Notes: generated from the letters alone by a model not told the origin. A stretch of 64,000 nucleotides of DNA from Azolla caroliniana (GCA_043228905.1 JBHGNT010000014.1:13640001-13704000), one strand, 5' to 3'; positions 26,070 through 39,651 are shown, numbered from the stretch's first letter. Program-made: numbers and translations.

Positions 26070-29000
26070 CTACATAGAGGGGAGAGACAGAGAGACTACA
26101 CAGAGGGGAGAGAGAGAGAGAGAGAGAGAGACTACACAGAGGGGAGAGAGAGAGAGAGAGAGAGGAACTACATAGAGGGGAGAGAGAGGGAGAAGGAGAG
26201 AGAGTCGAGAACACAGACGTGAGAGAGAGTGGGAGGGATCATCTGAGAGAGAGAGGGAGGTAGGGAGAGAGAGAGAGAGAGAGACGGAGGTTTCTAAACC
26301 GGTTTCCAAGCCGGTTTGGAAACCGGTTTACAAGCCGTTTACCAAGCCGGTTCACAAACCGGTTTAGCCTAAACCGGTTTAGCCTAAACCGGTTTGTGAA
26401 CCGGCTCGGCTTGGCTCGGCTCAGGTTTGAGATCCTGTAAACGGTTTAGGCTTAGCCGGTTTGGCTTGGATCAGGCCAAACCGGCTAAGCCTAAACCGAA
26501 CCGTTGCCGATCCCTACAAGCCATCATGCTGATGTGTACATTGCCGGAAAGCTGGGAGAACTTGGTGGTGACTCTCAGCACCTCCTGCACCGAAGATAAC
26601 TTGTCCCTACAAACGGTAAAGACAAGCATTTTGAACGAAGAAGCGCGTCGGAGAGATAAAGAACCGGCCTCCGATCCGAAGATGCTGCTTACCGAATCGG
26701 ATCGGGGAAGACAACGGAACCGGAGTCCGCAAAGACGGGAGAAGTCGGGGACCCGGTCGCAGTCAAGAGGAAGGCCCACATGCTTCCACTGTGGGAAGCC
26801 GGGGCACTTCCGAAAGAATTGTCGGCATTACCGAAAAGACAACGGAGCCGACGACACCGATTCGAAGAAGTCTTCGGAACGGAACGGTGCTTACCGGGGA
26901 GCAACGGACCGGAATGGTTCGGATCGGCGAGGGCAGGACCGGAAAGGAACGACGGCACTCGCGGCAAGTGAAGAGGAGATCATGCTCATCACCGAAGAAG
27001 GTGAACTAAACATTGCCGGCGATGAGACTACCTGGGTGGTCGATTCCGGAGCGTCGTTCCACCTGACCCCGGAAAGAAGATACTTCTCATCCTACACAGC
27101 CGGTGAGCATGGCTGTGTTCGGATGGGAAATGAAGGTACGTGCCGGATTGCCGGCATAGGAGACGTGTGGTTGACAACCTCGACCGGATGCAAAATGTTG
27201 CTGAAGGATGTCCGACACGTTCCGGAGGTTCGATTGAACCTGATTTCGGCCGGGAGGCTAGACGATGAAGGCTACACAGGTAGCATCCGGAACTGCATAA
27301 TGAAGTTCAGCAAGGGGAGCCTGATAGTGGCTCGGGCCCGGAAAGTCAACACACTGTACCTTATGAATGCCTGGTTGTGTCCGGAGGAGTTGAACGTGGC
27401 AGCCGACACTACCGGTGAGCTGTGGCACAAGAGACTGTGCCACATGAGTGAGAAGGGGATGAAGAGGCTTGCAGAAGACAACCTTATTCCAGTGAAGCAT
27501 GTGCACCTGGAGAAGTGCACCGATTGCCTAGCCGGTAAGCAGAACCGAACCTCCTTCCACTCAAGGCCACCGACGAGACGTAGCGCACCATTGGAGTTGG
27601 TGCACATTGACGTGTATCAAGTAGAAACGAAGTCACATGGCGGAGCCCAGTACTTCGTGACATTCATTGATGACCACAGCCGGAAGCTGTGGACGGCACC
27701 GTTGAAGACAAAGGACCAAGTGTTGTGCGTCTTCAAAGAACTCCACGCGAGAGTGGAAAGGGAATCCGGCAAGAAGCTGAAAGCGATACGAGCGGATAAC
27801 GGAGGGGAATACCGGGGGCAGTTCGAGGAGTACTGTCGCTCGAAGGGAATCCGGCTCGAGTTTACTGTGCCGAAGACGCCGGAACTGAACGGGTTGGCCG
27901 AGAGGATGAACCGGACCATAATGGAGAGGGTCCGGAGTATGCTGGCGCATGCGAAATTACCCAAGGGGTTTTGGGCTGAGGCAATGTCGACGGCGACATA
28001 CGTGATAAACAGATCACCCTCAGTACCTTTGGACGGAGACACGCCGCAGAGAGTGTGGACCGGTAGGGAAGTATCCTACCGGCATCTGAAGGTGTTCGGG
28101 TGTCTCGCATATGTGCATGTGGCAAAGGACCGGAGAGGAAAGCTAGATCCAAAGACCCGGCCATGCATATTCCTCGGTTACGGCGATGACGAGTTCGGCT
28201 ACCGAGTATGGGACCCGGTCGACAAAAAGATATTCCGGAGTCGTGATATCATCTTCATGGAGGACAAGACACTCGCCGACTGGGAGTCGGAGAAGAAGAT
28301 GAAGAGCTCCAAGTCGACCGGTGAGGATCAACTCTACGAGGAGCAGTCCCGACCGGCAAGGGACCGGTTAGCACTCGAGGATCCGGCCGAAGACGGTGAA
28401 GAAACAGAACCGGCCGAGGAAGATGAAACTGATACCGGAACCGGCCCCGATCCCGAAATGGATTCGGATGAAGAGGAAACAGAGGAGCCGGTTACCGAAG
28501 CTCCGGAACGGAGATATCCTCTAAGAGAGAGAAGGGCCCCCCGGAGATTTCCGGAACCAGAGCACGTGCTGCTAACCGACGAAGGGGAGCCGGAGAGTTT
28601 TGAAGAAGCAAAGCTTGACACCCATAGCCGCAGGTGGTTAAGTGCCATGCAGGAGGAGATGGATTCCCTGCATGAGAACCACACATATGAACTTGTGGAG
28701 TTGCCGAAAGGAAAGCGGGCACTTCGAAACAAGTGGGTGTTCAAGCTGAAACCGGGAGATGCCGGAAACCCCCCGGGATACAAAGCCAGGATCGTGGTGA
28801 AGGGGTTCCAGCAGAAGAAGGGCGTCGACTTCGACGAGATATTTGCCCCGGTAGTGAAGATGACCTCCATCCGGACGGTGCTGAGCATAGCGGCAAGCAT
28901 GGACCTCGAGGTAGAACAGATGGACGTGAAGACGACATTCCTTCATGGTGACCTCGAAGAAGAGATCTACATGCAGCAACCGGAAGGATTCGAGAAGAAA

Positions 29001-30158
29001 GGGAAGGAGCACCTGGTATGCCGGTTGAAGAAGAGCCTTTACGGACTGATGCAGGCTCCCCGGCAATGGTACCGGAAGTTCGACTCTTTCATGACCGACG
29101 AAGGGTACCACAAAACGCAGTCCGATCACTGCGTGTTTGTGAAGAAGTTCGAAGGAGGAGACTTTCTAATACTCCTCCTGTACGTGGACGACATGTTGAT
29201 CGTCGGACGGGACCAGGTCAAGATACGGATGCTGAAGAAAGCGCTTCACCGAACCTTCTCAATGAAGGACCTGGGTCCGGCGAGGCAAATACTAGGGATG
29301 CACATCATTCGGGACCGGAAGAAGAAGCAGTTGTGGCTGTCACAGGAGAAGTACGTGACAAAGGTGCTTCACCGGTTCAACATGTCGGAAGCAAGACCGG
29401 TCGGGTCAACCCTCCCGGCAAACTGCAAGCTGTCCAGCAAACAAAGCCCCAAGACAAAGGCTGAGAAGGAGGACATGATGAAAGTACCATATGCCTCTGC
29501 CGTCGGAAGCTTGATGTACGCAATGGTGTGTACAAGACCGGACATAGGATATGCAGTCGGAGTGGTGAGCCGGTACATGAGCAATCCCGGCAAAGAGCAC
29601 TGGAACGCGGCCAAGTGGATACTCCGATACCTGAAGGGCACGGCAAACGTGTGCCTCCGATTCGGCTCCGGTAAGCCCGAACTCGACGGCTTTACCGATT
29701 CGGATATGTCGGCTGATGCAGATACCAGCCGGTCCACATCAGGGTATGTGATGACGTATGCAGGGGGAGCTGTTTCGTGGCAGTCGAGGCTGCAGAAGAC
29801 GGTTGCGTTGTCAACCACAGAGGCGGAGTACATGGCGGTTGTTGAAGCCGGCAAGGAAATAATATGGATGAAGGACTTCATTAGAGAGCTCGGTATCCGG
29901 CAGGAGGAGTACCGACTCTACTGCGACAGTCAGAGTGCCATCCACCTTGCGAAGAATGCGGCCTATCATTCCCGGACGAAGCACATCCAGCGAAGATATC
30001 ACTGGATCCGGGAAAGGATAGAAGACCAGGAGTTCGTGCTGACGAAGATCCACACGGACGAGAACGGGTCAGATATGTTGACCAAAGTGCTCACACCCGA
30101 CAAGCTGGAAGCGTGCCGGAAGAGAGTCGGACTGGAAAGACATCCCATGCCGAAGTGA
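25085..30158 (+). pseudogene. Copia gag-pol polyprotein (1357 aa once the MITE is removed): gag, CCHC knuckle, PR, INT, RT, RNase H
   Basis: 25085-25524 joins 26525-30158 in frame (DAMQAI|MLMCTLPESW); motifs CFHCGKPGHFRKNC, WVVDSGAS, LLLYVDDML, YCDSQSAI. Confidence 0.95.
25525..26516. mobile_element. Non-autonomous hAT DNA transposon (MITE), 992 bp
   Basis: Perfect 16-bp TIR TAGGGATCGGCAACGG; 8-bp TSD CAAGCCAT; palindromic subterminal motifs and a (GA)n-rich core with ~62-bp repeats. Confidence 0.96.
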
Positions 30159-32092
30159 AGGGGGAGTTTGTTGGGATTACGGTCCCTCCGGATGGGATGG
30201 TCAGATGTCCGGGAATCGGGAATGAAGACCCGAATGAGGAGTACCCGGTATCAGAGCCGGATGATGAAGACCCGGTTTCGGATCCGGATGATGAAGACCC
30301 CGGCTACGGAGCCGGATGACGAATGTACCCGGAGAGAGATCCGGATGCGGGGACATATTTGTGAATATGTTTGCCAAGGGCCCTCTAGGCTATATTTGTA
30401 AATAGCCCGAAAGTCATATGTGTATAAATATGACTTAGGGCAAACAGTTTTGTTGTTGTTGCTCATTTTTCTGTTTTCACTTGGAGAGAGCGAAGTGAGA
30501 GCAGCCGAGAGAGAGAGTGAGAGAGAGAGAAAGAAAGAGGTCGACGCCTCTGTGTAATACCGCCGCCTGTGGCGAGGACAGCGAGCTCAAGGTCGTCGCC
30601 TTGCAGCTCGCCATTGTACATTCCCTGCGTATAGTGATAGTTGGAGTCTTGCACTCCCGTGGTTTTTCCCGTCTAGGGTTTTCCACGCTAAACCATGTGC
30701 ATTCGAGTCTCTCTCTGTGTTTTCGATTTACTGCTGCATTGACTCGTGTGTCCTCGGTTGTGGCCGAGAGGTGAAGGTTTTGGAAGCGTCGATTCCTAAC
30801 ATGTTGGGCCCTTAGCTCCGACGATGAGATTAGCGGCGCCGTGGAGGTGGTCTCATTTGACGACACCCTTGGAGAGATCGGGAAGATTGTCGAAGAAGGC
30901 CTAAGTGAAGACCAGGTGATTCCGCTCGGTTCGGTGGAAATGTACGAAGTCATTGCGGACTTCGGGGAGAAGGTCGGGTCGGAACGGATGGCCCGCATAG
31001 ACACGAGGTATAGGACTGTGGACCGGGAGGTGAGGCCAGTCGTGGCACGCTTTCCGGAGGACAGTGAGGAGCGGATAACGGGGGTCGTGTAAGACCCAAG
31101 TTTGCAGAATCCAGCTGGCATAGGGCCCCGGTTCACCGACGAGTCGTTGCGGGAGCTTTCTACTGCCAGCGGAGGAGGACCGGTTTCGAAGGATGCTCAG
31201 GAGGCACGGGAAGGCCTTCGCATTCTCACCGGAGCAGATCAGATGCGTGGACCTGACGATTGTGGAGCCTCATGTGCCGTCGAACCTCATGTGCCGTTGA
31301 ACCTCAAACCAATAGGTACCATGGAACCTCAAGCCAATTCCGGTACCCAGGGCTCATATCCTGAAGCTGATGGAGCTACTGAAGAAGAAGGTGGAGGTGG
31401 GCATCCTCAAGCCATCGAGTGCCCCATATTTGAATCAGGCTGACCATTGATGAGTTTGCGGAAGCCTTCGCTAGAAGGTCGATCTATTTGGTTGGCGATC
31501 TATATTCAGGATACGACAAATTCCCACTAGCTGTAGAGAGCAAGGATATCATGACAATGTGGACTCCTCTCGATTTAGTGCGGATGTGTACCCTGACGCA
31601 AGGAGGGACCAATTCGGTAGCGTACATGGTGAACGCGATGAACAAGGTGTTGAGGGACTGCATCCCGGGCATCACCATGCCATTCTTGGATGACATCCCG
31701 ATCAAGGGATGTCCAGTGGAAGATAGGGATGAATCCGTCGGGCTGGATGGATGCCGAAGGATCGTGGCGAACCACATCAACGACTGCGAGAAGGTGCTAC
31801 AGAGGCTCGAGAGTGCGCGGCTCACCTTGTCCGGAGAGAACTCCGCATTAGGGCAATCCGAAATCTTGGTGGTTGGACACTTGTGCGGGCCTTATGTCTG
31901 GAAACTGTCTCCGGCAAAGGTGGAGGCCATCTCCGTGATGAAGGAAGATTGCAAGTCGTCTACAGAGGTTCGGAGGTTCTTGTGTGTGTGCGCGTTCTAC
32001 CACATCTGGATTCCGCATTACGCACAGGTCGCGGAACCGCTCTACGGGTTGCTGAAAAAGGGGCATAAGTTCAAATGGAACGAGGAGCACAC

Positions 32093-35000
32093 TGTCATGA
32101 AGAAAACCAGCCATAAGAGGAAATGGGGATTTGAGTGCGTGAACCATGACATGCGCGAATGTGCGCAAATTTTAAACAACTTTGTACATAGTCTAAGAAT
32201 AGGTCAGCGTGATGTAAACAAATTAAATATAAACATATTAATAGGTTAGGAAATCAATGCATATCTCTGTCCGAAGGGACATAGAATAATGATGATGTAA
32301 CTAGGATGTGATGACTCTTCCTCGCCGGCCTATAAAAGGGCAAGAGAAAGGACCAAATGATATCGCATTTTGGAGGAGAAGAGAGTGTTGTCGGACTTGG
32401 AACCAACCGCTAGTTCCATCTCTCTACAGGGTTTCTCTAGGCTGGTTGCCTTTGTCCGTGTAAGAAGCCCACGTGCTCCTGACAGAGGCTGCACGTTTTA
32501 TTTTGGTCTGTGTGCCGGAGTTGTTTAGTGTAGTTGTTGGTGAGCCAGTTGTAATCTTCTTGATCAATTGTAAACTTCTTTAATCTATTGTGATCTTTCA
32601 TAATCGTTGAAGGGTCCCTTTCTCCCATCTATCCTTTCACGTGTCATCATTTCCTTATCTGACAGGGACAAGCCATGTGCTGGCTAGTACCCAAGGCTCT
32701 CTGCCTCACTCTTCCTTTCTCTTTTCCTCCACCTTTGCATGCTCCTCGGTTCAGGGCCCCCGCGGTTCCGCTTTAGTTTCCTACGTGCACACGTGATACC
32801 ACGACATAATTTGGTGAACCCGACGTGAAACAAGCGGTAGAGGAGCTTGCAGATGAGAGGATCCAAACTCGCCGAAGCCATGGCGGTGGCCGTCGACCGG
32901 CTGGTGAGCGCTCATTTTTCTTGAAAGTATTCAAGTTAGCACTTGGAGCGGATACATTGTGGATGAGCTTGAGGCTGGTATGAGATATATAAACCCGGGT
33001 GAGGGAAGAGGTGCCCTCTTCAGGGTCATCGAGTCAATTGTCGGCATGATAGGTCGGTTTGGAGGGAAGAACGTAACATGTTATTTGGAGGCCTATCGGG
33101 CCGAGGGACATCCCGGAGGACAAACGACTATTTGGATTCCCTCGGGTGGTGCGACCGGACATCCACATGGAGGTGCTCGAGATGCTGGCTGTTTGCTAAA
33201 TCTGGGAGGAGTTCGAAGGGCGGCTTCTCGAGAAATATGGGGACGACGACTCGCTTCGGTTATCGAAGCGGGACTTCATGGAATGGGTTGAGACCCTCGG
33301 GAAGGGGAGGAATGTGTCGGTGCTCCTCCAGTAGTTCCAGAAATGGTTTGCCCGGCTCTCGGCATTAGATAGGACCGTGCTTGACAAATCTGTGTCAAAG
33401 CTCTGGACGTGCAGGATCGAGAACAGGTAGGTCTCCTGCCGGAGATGGATGAAGGGCTCACGGCCGACTGGGTTGTGGTGAAGAGATTTTGTAGCCATTT
33501 TGACAAGCAGCACGAGTGGAGCGATGAAGGTTCGTCGACGGCGGAACTGGCAACGGTTAAGAAGCTTCAGGAGCCATTGCCAGCACGAAAGGAAGAGACC
33601 CGAAGTTGGTTTGAGTTGGGTTCGGCCCCAACCAGGGTGGTCAAGGGTCCATCTAGAGGAGCGGCTCTAGAAGAGTTAACGTAGATGGTACGTAATCTCC
33701 AGATCGCGCAGGACTGGAGAGATAGTGGAGAACAGTCACGTGACCGGAGGCCTCCGGCCAGACAACGATGCAAAAAGCCCTGGAATTGAACATTAGGCGC
33801 GGCGGAATGAAGAGGTTGATGGAAGAAGCCGCGGCGCGGCACACCAAGGCCATCCACTATTCGGTGTCAATCGGCATCCAGGTCGGGAGCGACGGTAGCC
33901 AAAATACGAAGGAATCCAGATTCTGGTCATCGATGCTACAAGGCCTCTCCATAGTGCGAATGAGGAAGGAAGAAGCGGACCGCGCGGAGAAGCGGGTCCG
34001 ACAGGTTACCGGATGGCACGATCCGGTTGAGGAGAAGACCGGTTTCGTGGAAGTCACATGCCAGAACTACGAGGTTCTAGTTGAGGACAAGCGAACGGGG
34101 AAGGCCGGAGGAACCGGACCTTCGAAACGGTACAAGACACGGAACAGACCGGGAAAGAATGACTTTCGTAGTCCCGGTCCGCAAGATAGAGTGAAGTCGG
34201 CCGGTTATCGGCTGAGCACGGAGATTGAGAGATCGACGACTTGTGGAAGGTCCTCGAGGAGCGGATCCTCGATAGCAAGGTGGAACTATCATTGAGAGAG
34301 GTGCTCGGGATCATGAAGAAGGAGTTCCACGATTCAATCGTGGACTTGGTGAAACGTAAACTGCTCTTGGCAGAACCGGAACCGGAGAAGCCCGTGGAGG
34401 TGTGGACGACGCACCTAGAGGATGTGGCCTTGGAAGATGAGTTGGCAAAGAGCCACTATTCGAAGTTACACTAGGCTAGAGCTACTATGGAGACCCCAGT
34501 CTGGATCGGGAACGTCCAGGAGCCGGTGGTAGCACTTATAGATCACGGTTCCGAAGTAAACCTGATGTCCATGGACTTCTACAAAAAGGGCAAATGGCCA
34601 ATCAACACCGAGCACGGGTGGAAGATACATGCGACCATGCGTGCTACGGAGGAACTACACAGGGCATGCTCGAACGTACACGTCAAAATTGGGGACGTCG
34701 AGATAGATCAACACTTTTTCGTGCAGGAGACTTCTTTGCACCCAGTGATACTCGGCAAACCATACATTACAGCTTCCCACATGGAGCCCAAGGTGTTGGA
34801 CAACAGTTCAGCGTACGCACGCGTAAAGAGCCAAGATGGACGTCATTCCGTCCAGTTTTTTGAGGGTACAACCAAACTAAGAGCACAACCGTGAGACTCT
34901 CGGCAGTGATGACCGAGGGGATTTTTAGACATGGCTATCCAAGCGTGGGGCCATGATAGTTTGGACACCTCATAGGAACCCGACACATGTATCATAGGTA

Positions 35001-38000
35001 GGAAATTTTGGTTCTTCGAAAATAGAGGTTGTACGATAACCCACATCGGCGGCCGGGAAAGAAGAAGGGTCGAGGAGTGTCTCAGGGCGTGCGGAGCCCT
35101 TAGCCCCGACGGTGAGATTAGCGGCTCCGTGGAGGCAGTCTCTTTCGACGACACCGTGGGAGAGATAGGGAAGATGTTCGATGAAGGCCGTAGTGAAGAC
35201 CAGGTGATTGCGGTTAGTTCCGTGGAAATGTACGAAGTCATTGCCGACTTCAGGGAGAAGGTCGGGTCGGACGGTCTGCGTAGACACAAGGTACAAGATT
35301 GTGGACTGAAAGGTGAGGCCAATGGCGACTCCCTTGCCGGTTTAGGGTTTAGGGTTTAGGGAGGAACGGATGAAGGGGGTCACGTCAGACCCAAGTTTGT
35401 GGAATCCGGCCAGGATAGGGCACCGGTTCACCGATATAACGCTACGGTAGCTCAAGATCGGTGGGGGTGGCTTTCTACTCCCGGCAGAGGAGGACCGGTT
35501 TCGGAGGATGCTCGGGAGGCACAAGAAGGCCTTTGCATTATCGTCGGAGGAGATCGGGTGCGTGGACCCTATGATCGTGGAACCAATGGTTATCTTCACA
35601 GTACCGCATGTGTCGTGGAACCTCAAGCCGATTCTAGTACCCAGAGCTCACATTCCGAAGTTGATGGAGCTGCTGAAGCAGAAGGTGGATATGGGCATCC
35701 TCGAACTATTGAGTGCCCCGTATTCAAATAAGTGGTTTACGGTGCCGAAGAAGAACGACACGTTGCACTTCATTCAGGACTGCAGTCGATCAATAAGGTG
35801 ACCATTCGAAACACAGGAATTGGGCCGACCATTGACGAGTTCGCAGAGGCCTTCGCTGGAAGGTCAATCTATTTGGTTGGCAATCTGTACTCAAGATACG
35901 ACCAATTGCAACTAGCCGTAGAGAGCAAGGATATCACGACAATGCAGAGTCCTCTCGATTTAGTGCGGATGTGTACCCTGCCGCAAGGAGGGACCAACTC
36001 GGTGGCGCACATAGTGAACGCAATGAACAAGGTGCTAAGGAACTGCATCCCGAACATCACCATGTCATTCTTGGACAACATCCCGATCAAGGGATGTTTG
36101 TGGAAGATAAGGATGATTCTGTTGGGCCGAATGGATGCTGAAGGTTCATGGCAGATCACATCAACGACTGCGAGAAGGTGCTACAAAGGCTCGAGTGTGC
36201 GCGGCGCACCTTCTCCAGAGAGAAGTCGGCTTTTGAGCAATCCAAAATCTTGGTGGTTGGACACTTGTGTGGGCCTTACGGTCGGAAACCGTCTCCAGCG
36301 AAGGTGGAGGCCATCTCCGCATTGAAAGAGGAGTGCAATTTGGTAACGAAGGTCCGGAGGTTCCTAGGTGCGTGCGTGTTCTATCACGTCTAGATCCCGC
36401 ATTACCCACACGTCGCAGAACCGTTGTACCGGTTGTTGAAAAAGGGGTGTAAGTTCGAATGGAATGAGGAGCACATCGAGTCGGTCTGGAGGTTGAAGGA
36501 GGCACTAGCCGCAACACCAGCCCTCCGGAAAGAGGTTTATGGGAAGGGCGTCCCGGTTTTTGTGAGTGTGGACACGAGTCCGACCGGGATCGGATGGATG
36601 GTCAATAAGGAGGACGAGATCGGCACGAGACTCCCCATCTGGTTTGGGGCGAAGGTACTGAGCGAGCGACAACGAGGATACACCTAGGTTAAGTGCGAAC
36701 TTTGGGGTATTGTTTCTGCAGTCAAGGCCGACAAAGACTATCTAATCAGGATGGAGGTAGTAATCGAGAAGGACTGCCACCCTATCCTAGGTATGGTTTC
36801 CGAATGCGCGACTCCGGACCTGGCCATTGCTCAGGTGGATCGCGTACATTAAATCCCTGAATCCGGAGATACAACACATCTCCGGGAAGGACAACACCAT
36901 GGCTGATATGCTTTCAAGAGCGCGATTTGATGATGAGGACGGCATGGTGTCTGAAGACGAAGAAGTCGGTGTAGACTTCTTCGAGTTGGCTCGCATAGCG
37001 GCAAGGGGGTGGGGCACTACGACACTTAACGAATTTAACGAGGACAAGTATGACGGAGAGTGGCTCCAGATCGGCAGGTTCTTGAGGACGTTAGCACCGG
37101 ATACGACGTGGATGAAGTGCGAGGCAAGCAGGATCCGGAAGAAGGCATACCGGTTCTTCTTGCGGAATGGAAGTATATGGAAGCATCCAAAGAACCAAAA
37201 CGGCATTCCGCTTCGCGTACTGATAAGAAAAGAGGAAATGAATGCACTATTATCGGCGTATCACGAGAGCCGTTGGCCACGTTCAAGAAACTGAAAGAGA
37301 GGTATTGGTGGCCGGGGATGTACCGGGACGCACATCAGTTCGTAACGACCTGCGAGAGCTGCCAGTTGCATTTGGTGATCCACCGACTGTCCATTTCAAA
37401 TGGATGGTCAATTTAGTGACGATGCCGATGGGGATAGGGTAGATGCGGTACCTGGTGCTTGCGCGAGAAGACCTGACGAACCAAGTGGAGGGTTGTGCGC
37501 CACAGAACAAGACGATTGTGGCCGTTTGTCGGTTCTTGATCGAAGAGGTGGTCTACCGGTACGGCTGCGTGGGGAAGATCGTGGCTGACCAAGGAGAGCT
37601 AGACGCGCAAGAGGCCGAAGAGTTGTTTGGCCGATTAGGGGTGAAACTCTCCATCACGACGGCGTACTATCCAGAAGTGAATGGAAAGATACAGCGCGGA
37701 CACCGGCCAATCGTAAAGGCATTGGTACAAGCATGCGAAGGGCAAGTCGGGAATTGGCCATGACTCCAACCTTACGCGTTATGGGCAGACCAAACGACGC
37801 ATAGTTCGGTGACCGAATTCATGATGGCGGAGGTGATGTACGGGCAGAAGCCGATCATGCTGATAGAACGAACTATTTCCTCATGGGCAGCAATCAACTA
37901 GAGAGACGAGATGAGCCAAGAAGAGTTGTTGGCAGCGCGGATTCGACAACTCGAGTGGAGGCCGGAGGACGTAGATCGGGCGAAAGTGAAGTTGCACGCG

Positions 38001-39114
38001 GCAAGGAAGAAGAACAAAGACCGGTTTGACCGGATGCACTGGCTACGACCGAAGAAGATCGAGGAAGGCGACTGGGTATTGGTTTACGACAACAGCCTTG
38101 ACAATCAGCACAAGGCAACGCGTAAATTCACCAGAAGGTAGTTCGGGCCCTACGTCGTAACGAGCATGAACGACAACAGCACCTACCATCTTGCAGAGCT
38201 CGACAAAACGCGGATAACAATACCGGTGTCAGGAAAGAGGAGCAAAGTGTTCAAGAAGCGGCATGAAGATGAATCGAACCAGGGGAGCACGAATGATGGC
38301 GGCAACCGGACCTAAACAGACGACGGATCGAAGAGCCGGTTTTTCCCCGGAATCTATCTCTTTCAGCGCATACCGGTGGATGCACAGTTTAGTGGGGTGG
38401 ATGTTGTGAAGAAAATCGGCCATAGGAGGAAACGGGGAGTCAAGCGCCTGAACCATGACATGTGCGAATGCGTGCAAATTTTAAACAACTTTGTACATAG
38501 TCTAAGAATAGGTCGGCATGATGTAAACAAATTAAATATAAACATATTAATAGGTTAGGAAATTAAAGCATATCTCTGTCCAAAGGGATAGAGAATAATG
38601 ATGATGTAACTAGGATGTGATGGCTCTTCCTTGCCGGCCTATAAAAGGGCGAGAGAAAGGACCAAAAGATATCGTGTTTTGGAGGAGAAGGGAGTGTTGT
38701 CAGACTGGGAACCGGGCGCTAGTTCCATCTCTCTACAGGGTTTCTCTAGGTTGGTCGCCTCTGTCCGCGTAGGAAGCCCTCATGATCCCGGCAGATGCTC
38801 CACGTTGTATTTTGGTCTGTGTGCGGGAGTTGTTTGGTGTCGTTGCCGGCGAGCCGGTTGCAATCTTCTTGATCAATTGTAACCTTCTTTAATCTATTGT
38901 AATATTTCGTAATCGCTGAAGGGTCCCTTTTTCCCATCTATCTTTCGTGTGTCGTCGTGTCTTTGTCTCACAGAGATAAGCCCTGTGCTAGCCGGTACCT
39001 GGCGCTCGCCGCCTCACTCTTCCTTTCTCTTTTCCTCCACCTTTGCACGCTCCTCGGTTCAGGGACCCCACTGTCCGGCTTTAGTTTCCTACGCGCATGC
39101 GTGATAACTCGACA
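32093..39114 (+). mobile_element. tRNA-Trp-primed Ty3/Gypsy element C, full-length but degenerate
   Basis: LTRs 32093-32806 and 38402-39114; PBS 32812-32829; TSD ACAC/ACGC; gag-PR-RT-RH-INT order with many stops. Confidence 0.94.
35341..35361 (+). repeat. Interstitial telomeric repeat (TTTAGGG)3
   Basis: Three perfect Arabidopsis-type units inside the pol of element C. Confidence 0.95.
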
Positions 39115-39420
39115 ACGCAGAGTCGGTCCGAATGTTAAAAGAGATGCTAGCCGCGGCACCGGCCCTCCGGAAAGTGGTTTACGGAAAGGGGGTCCCGGTT
39201 TATGTGATCATGGACACGAGCCCGACCGGAATCGAATGGGTGGTCAATCAGGAGGATGAGAACGGTGCTGTCAGAACCAAGGATAAAAGATAGAGTGATG
39301 GAAGAAGGATAGAGAAGAATGGATGTATAAGATAGAGAAAGAAAGAGAATGGATACAAGATATGTAATGAGAGCTAAATACTGGTGTTGATTCGAATTGA
39401 TTTGAGAATACATGTATGCG

Positions 39421-39520
39421 CTTATTTATAGGTTCCTATAGAATAGCTTAGAGATTTCTAGAATGTTCTAGAATGTTCTAGACCTAGAATGCTCTAGGAC
39501 ATTCTAGAATAATCTAGAGT
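39421..39520 (-). promoter_or_regulatory. Heat-shock-element array upstream of the TATA box in the 3' LTR of D
   Basis: TTCtaGAAtgTTCtaGAAtgTTC at 39456-39478, ~25 bp from TATAAATA (minus strand, 39423-39430). Confidence 0.75.
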
Positions 39521-39651
39521 TTTTACAATAATCAATGTAATACAAGAAGTAGCTTTTATTGTTTCATATAACAATAAGCTATCTTAATGGTTGACGTTTT
39601 CAAGTATGAATTACAAGGTTCGAGGTTCAAGTCCGGGTGACGCCATAATGG

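Larger units (their letters stand above)
24421..30801 (+). mobile_element. Young full-length Ty1/Copia element B (Tnt1/Tork-like)
   Basis: 633-bp LTRs 24421-25053 and 30169-30801 with ~4 differences; TSD TGTTG; Met-i PBS 25057-25068; PPT 30157-30168. Confidence 0.98.

Noticed and set aside
25595-26309. Ser/Leu-rich ORFs
   Set aside because: Translations of the (GA)n core of the MITE
26427-26524. N terminus of the 1243-aa ORF as the true start
   Set aside because: These codons lie in the MITE end; the real start is ATG 25085
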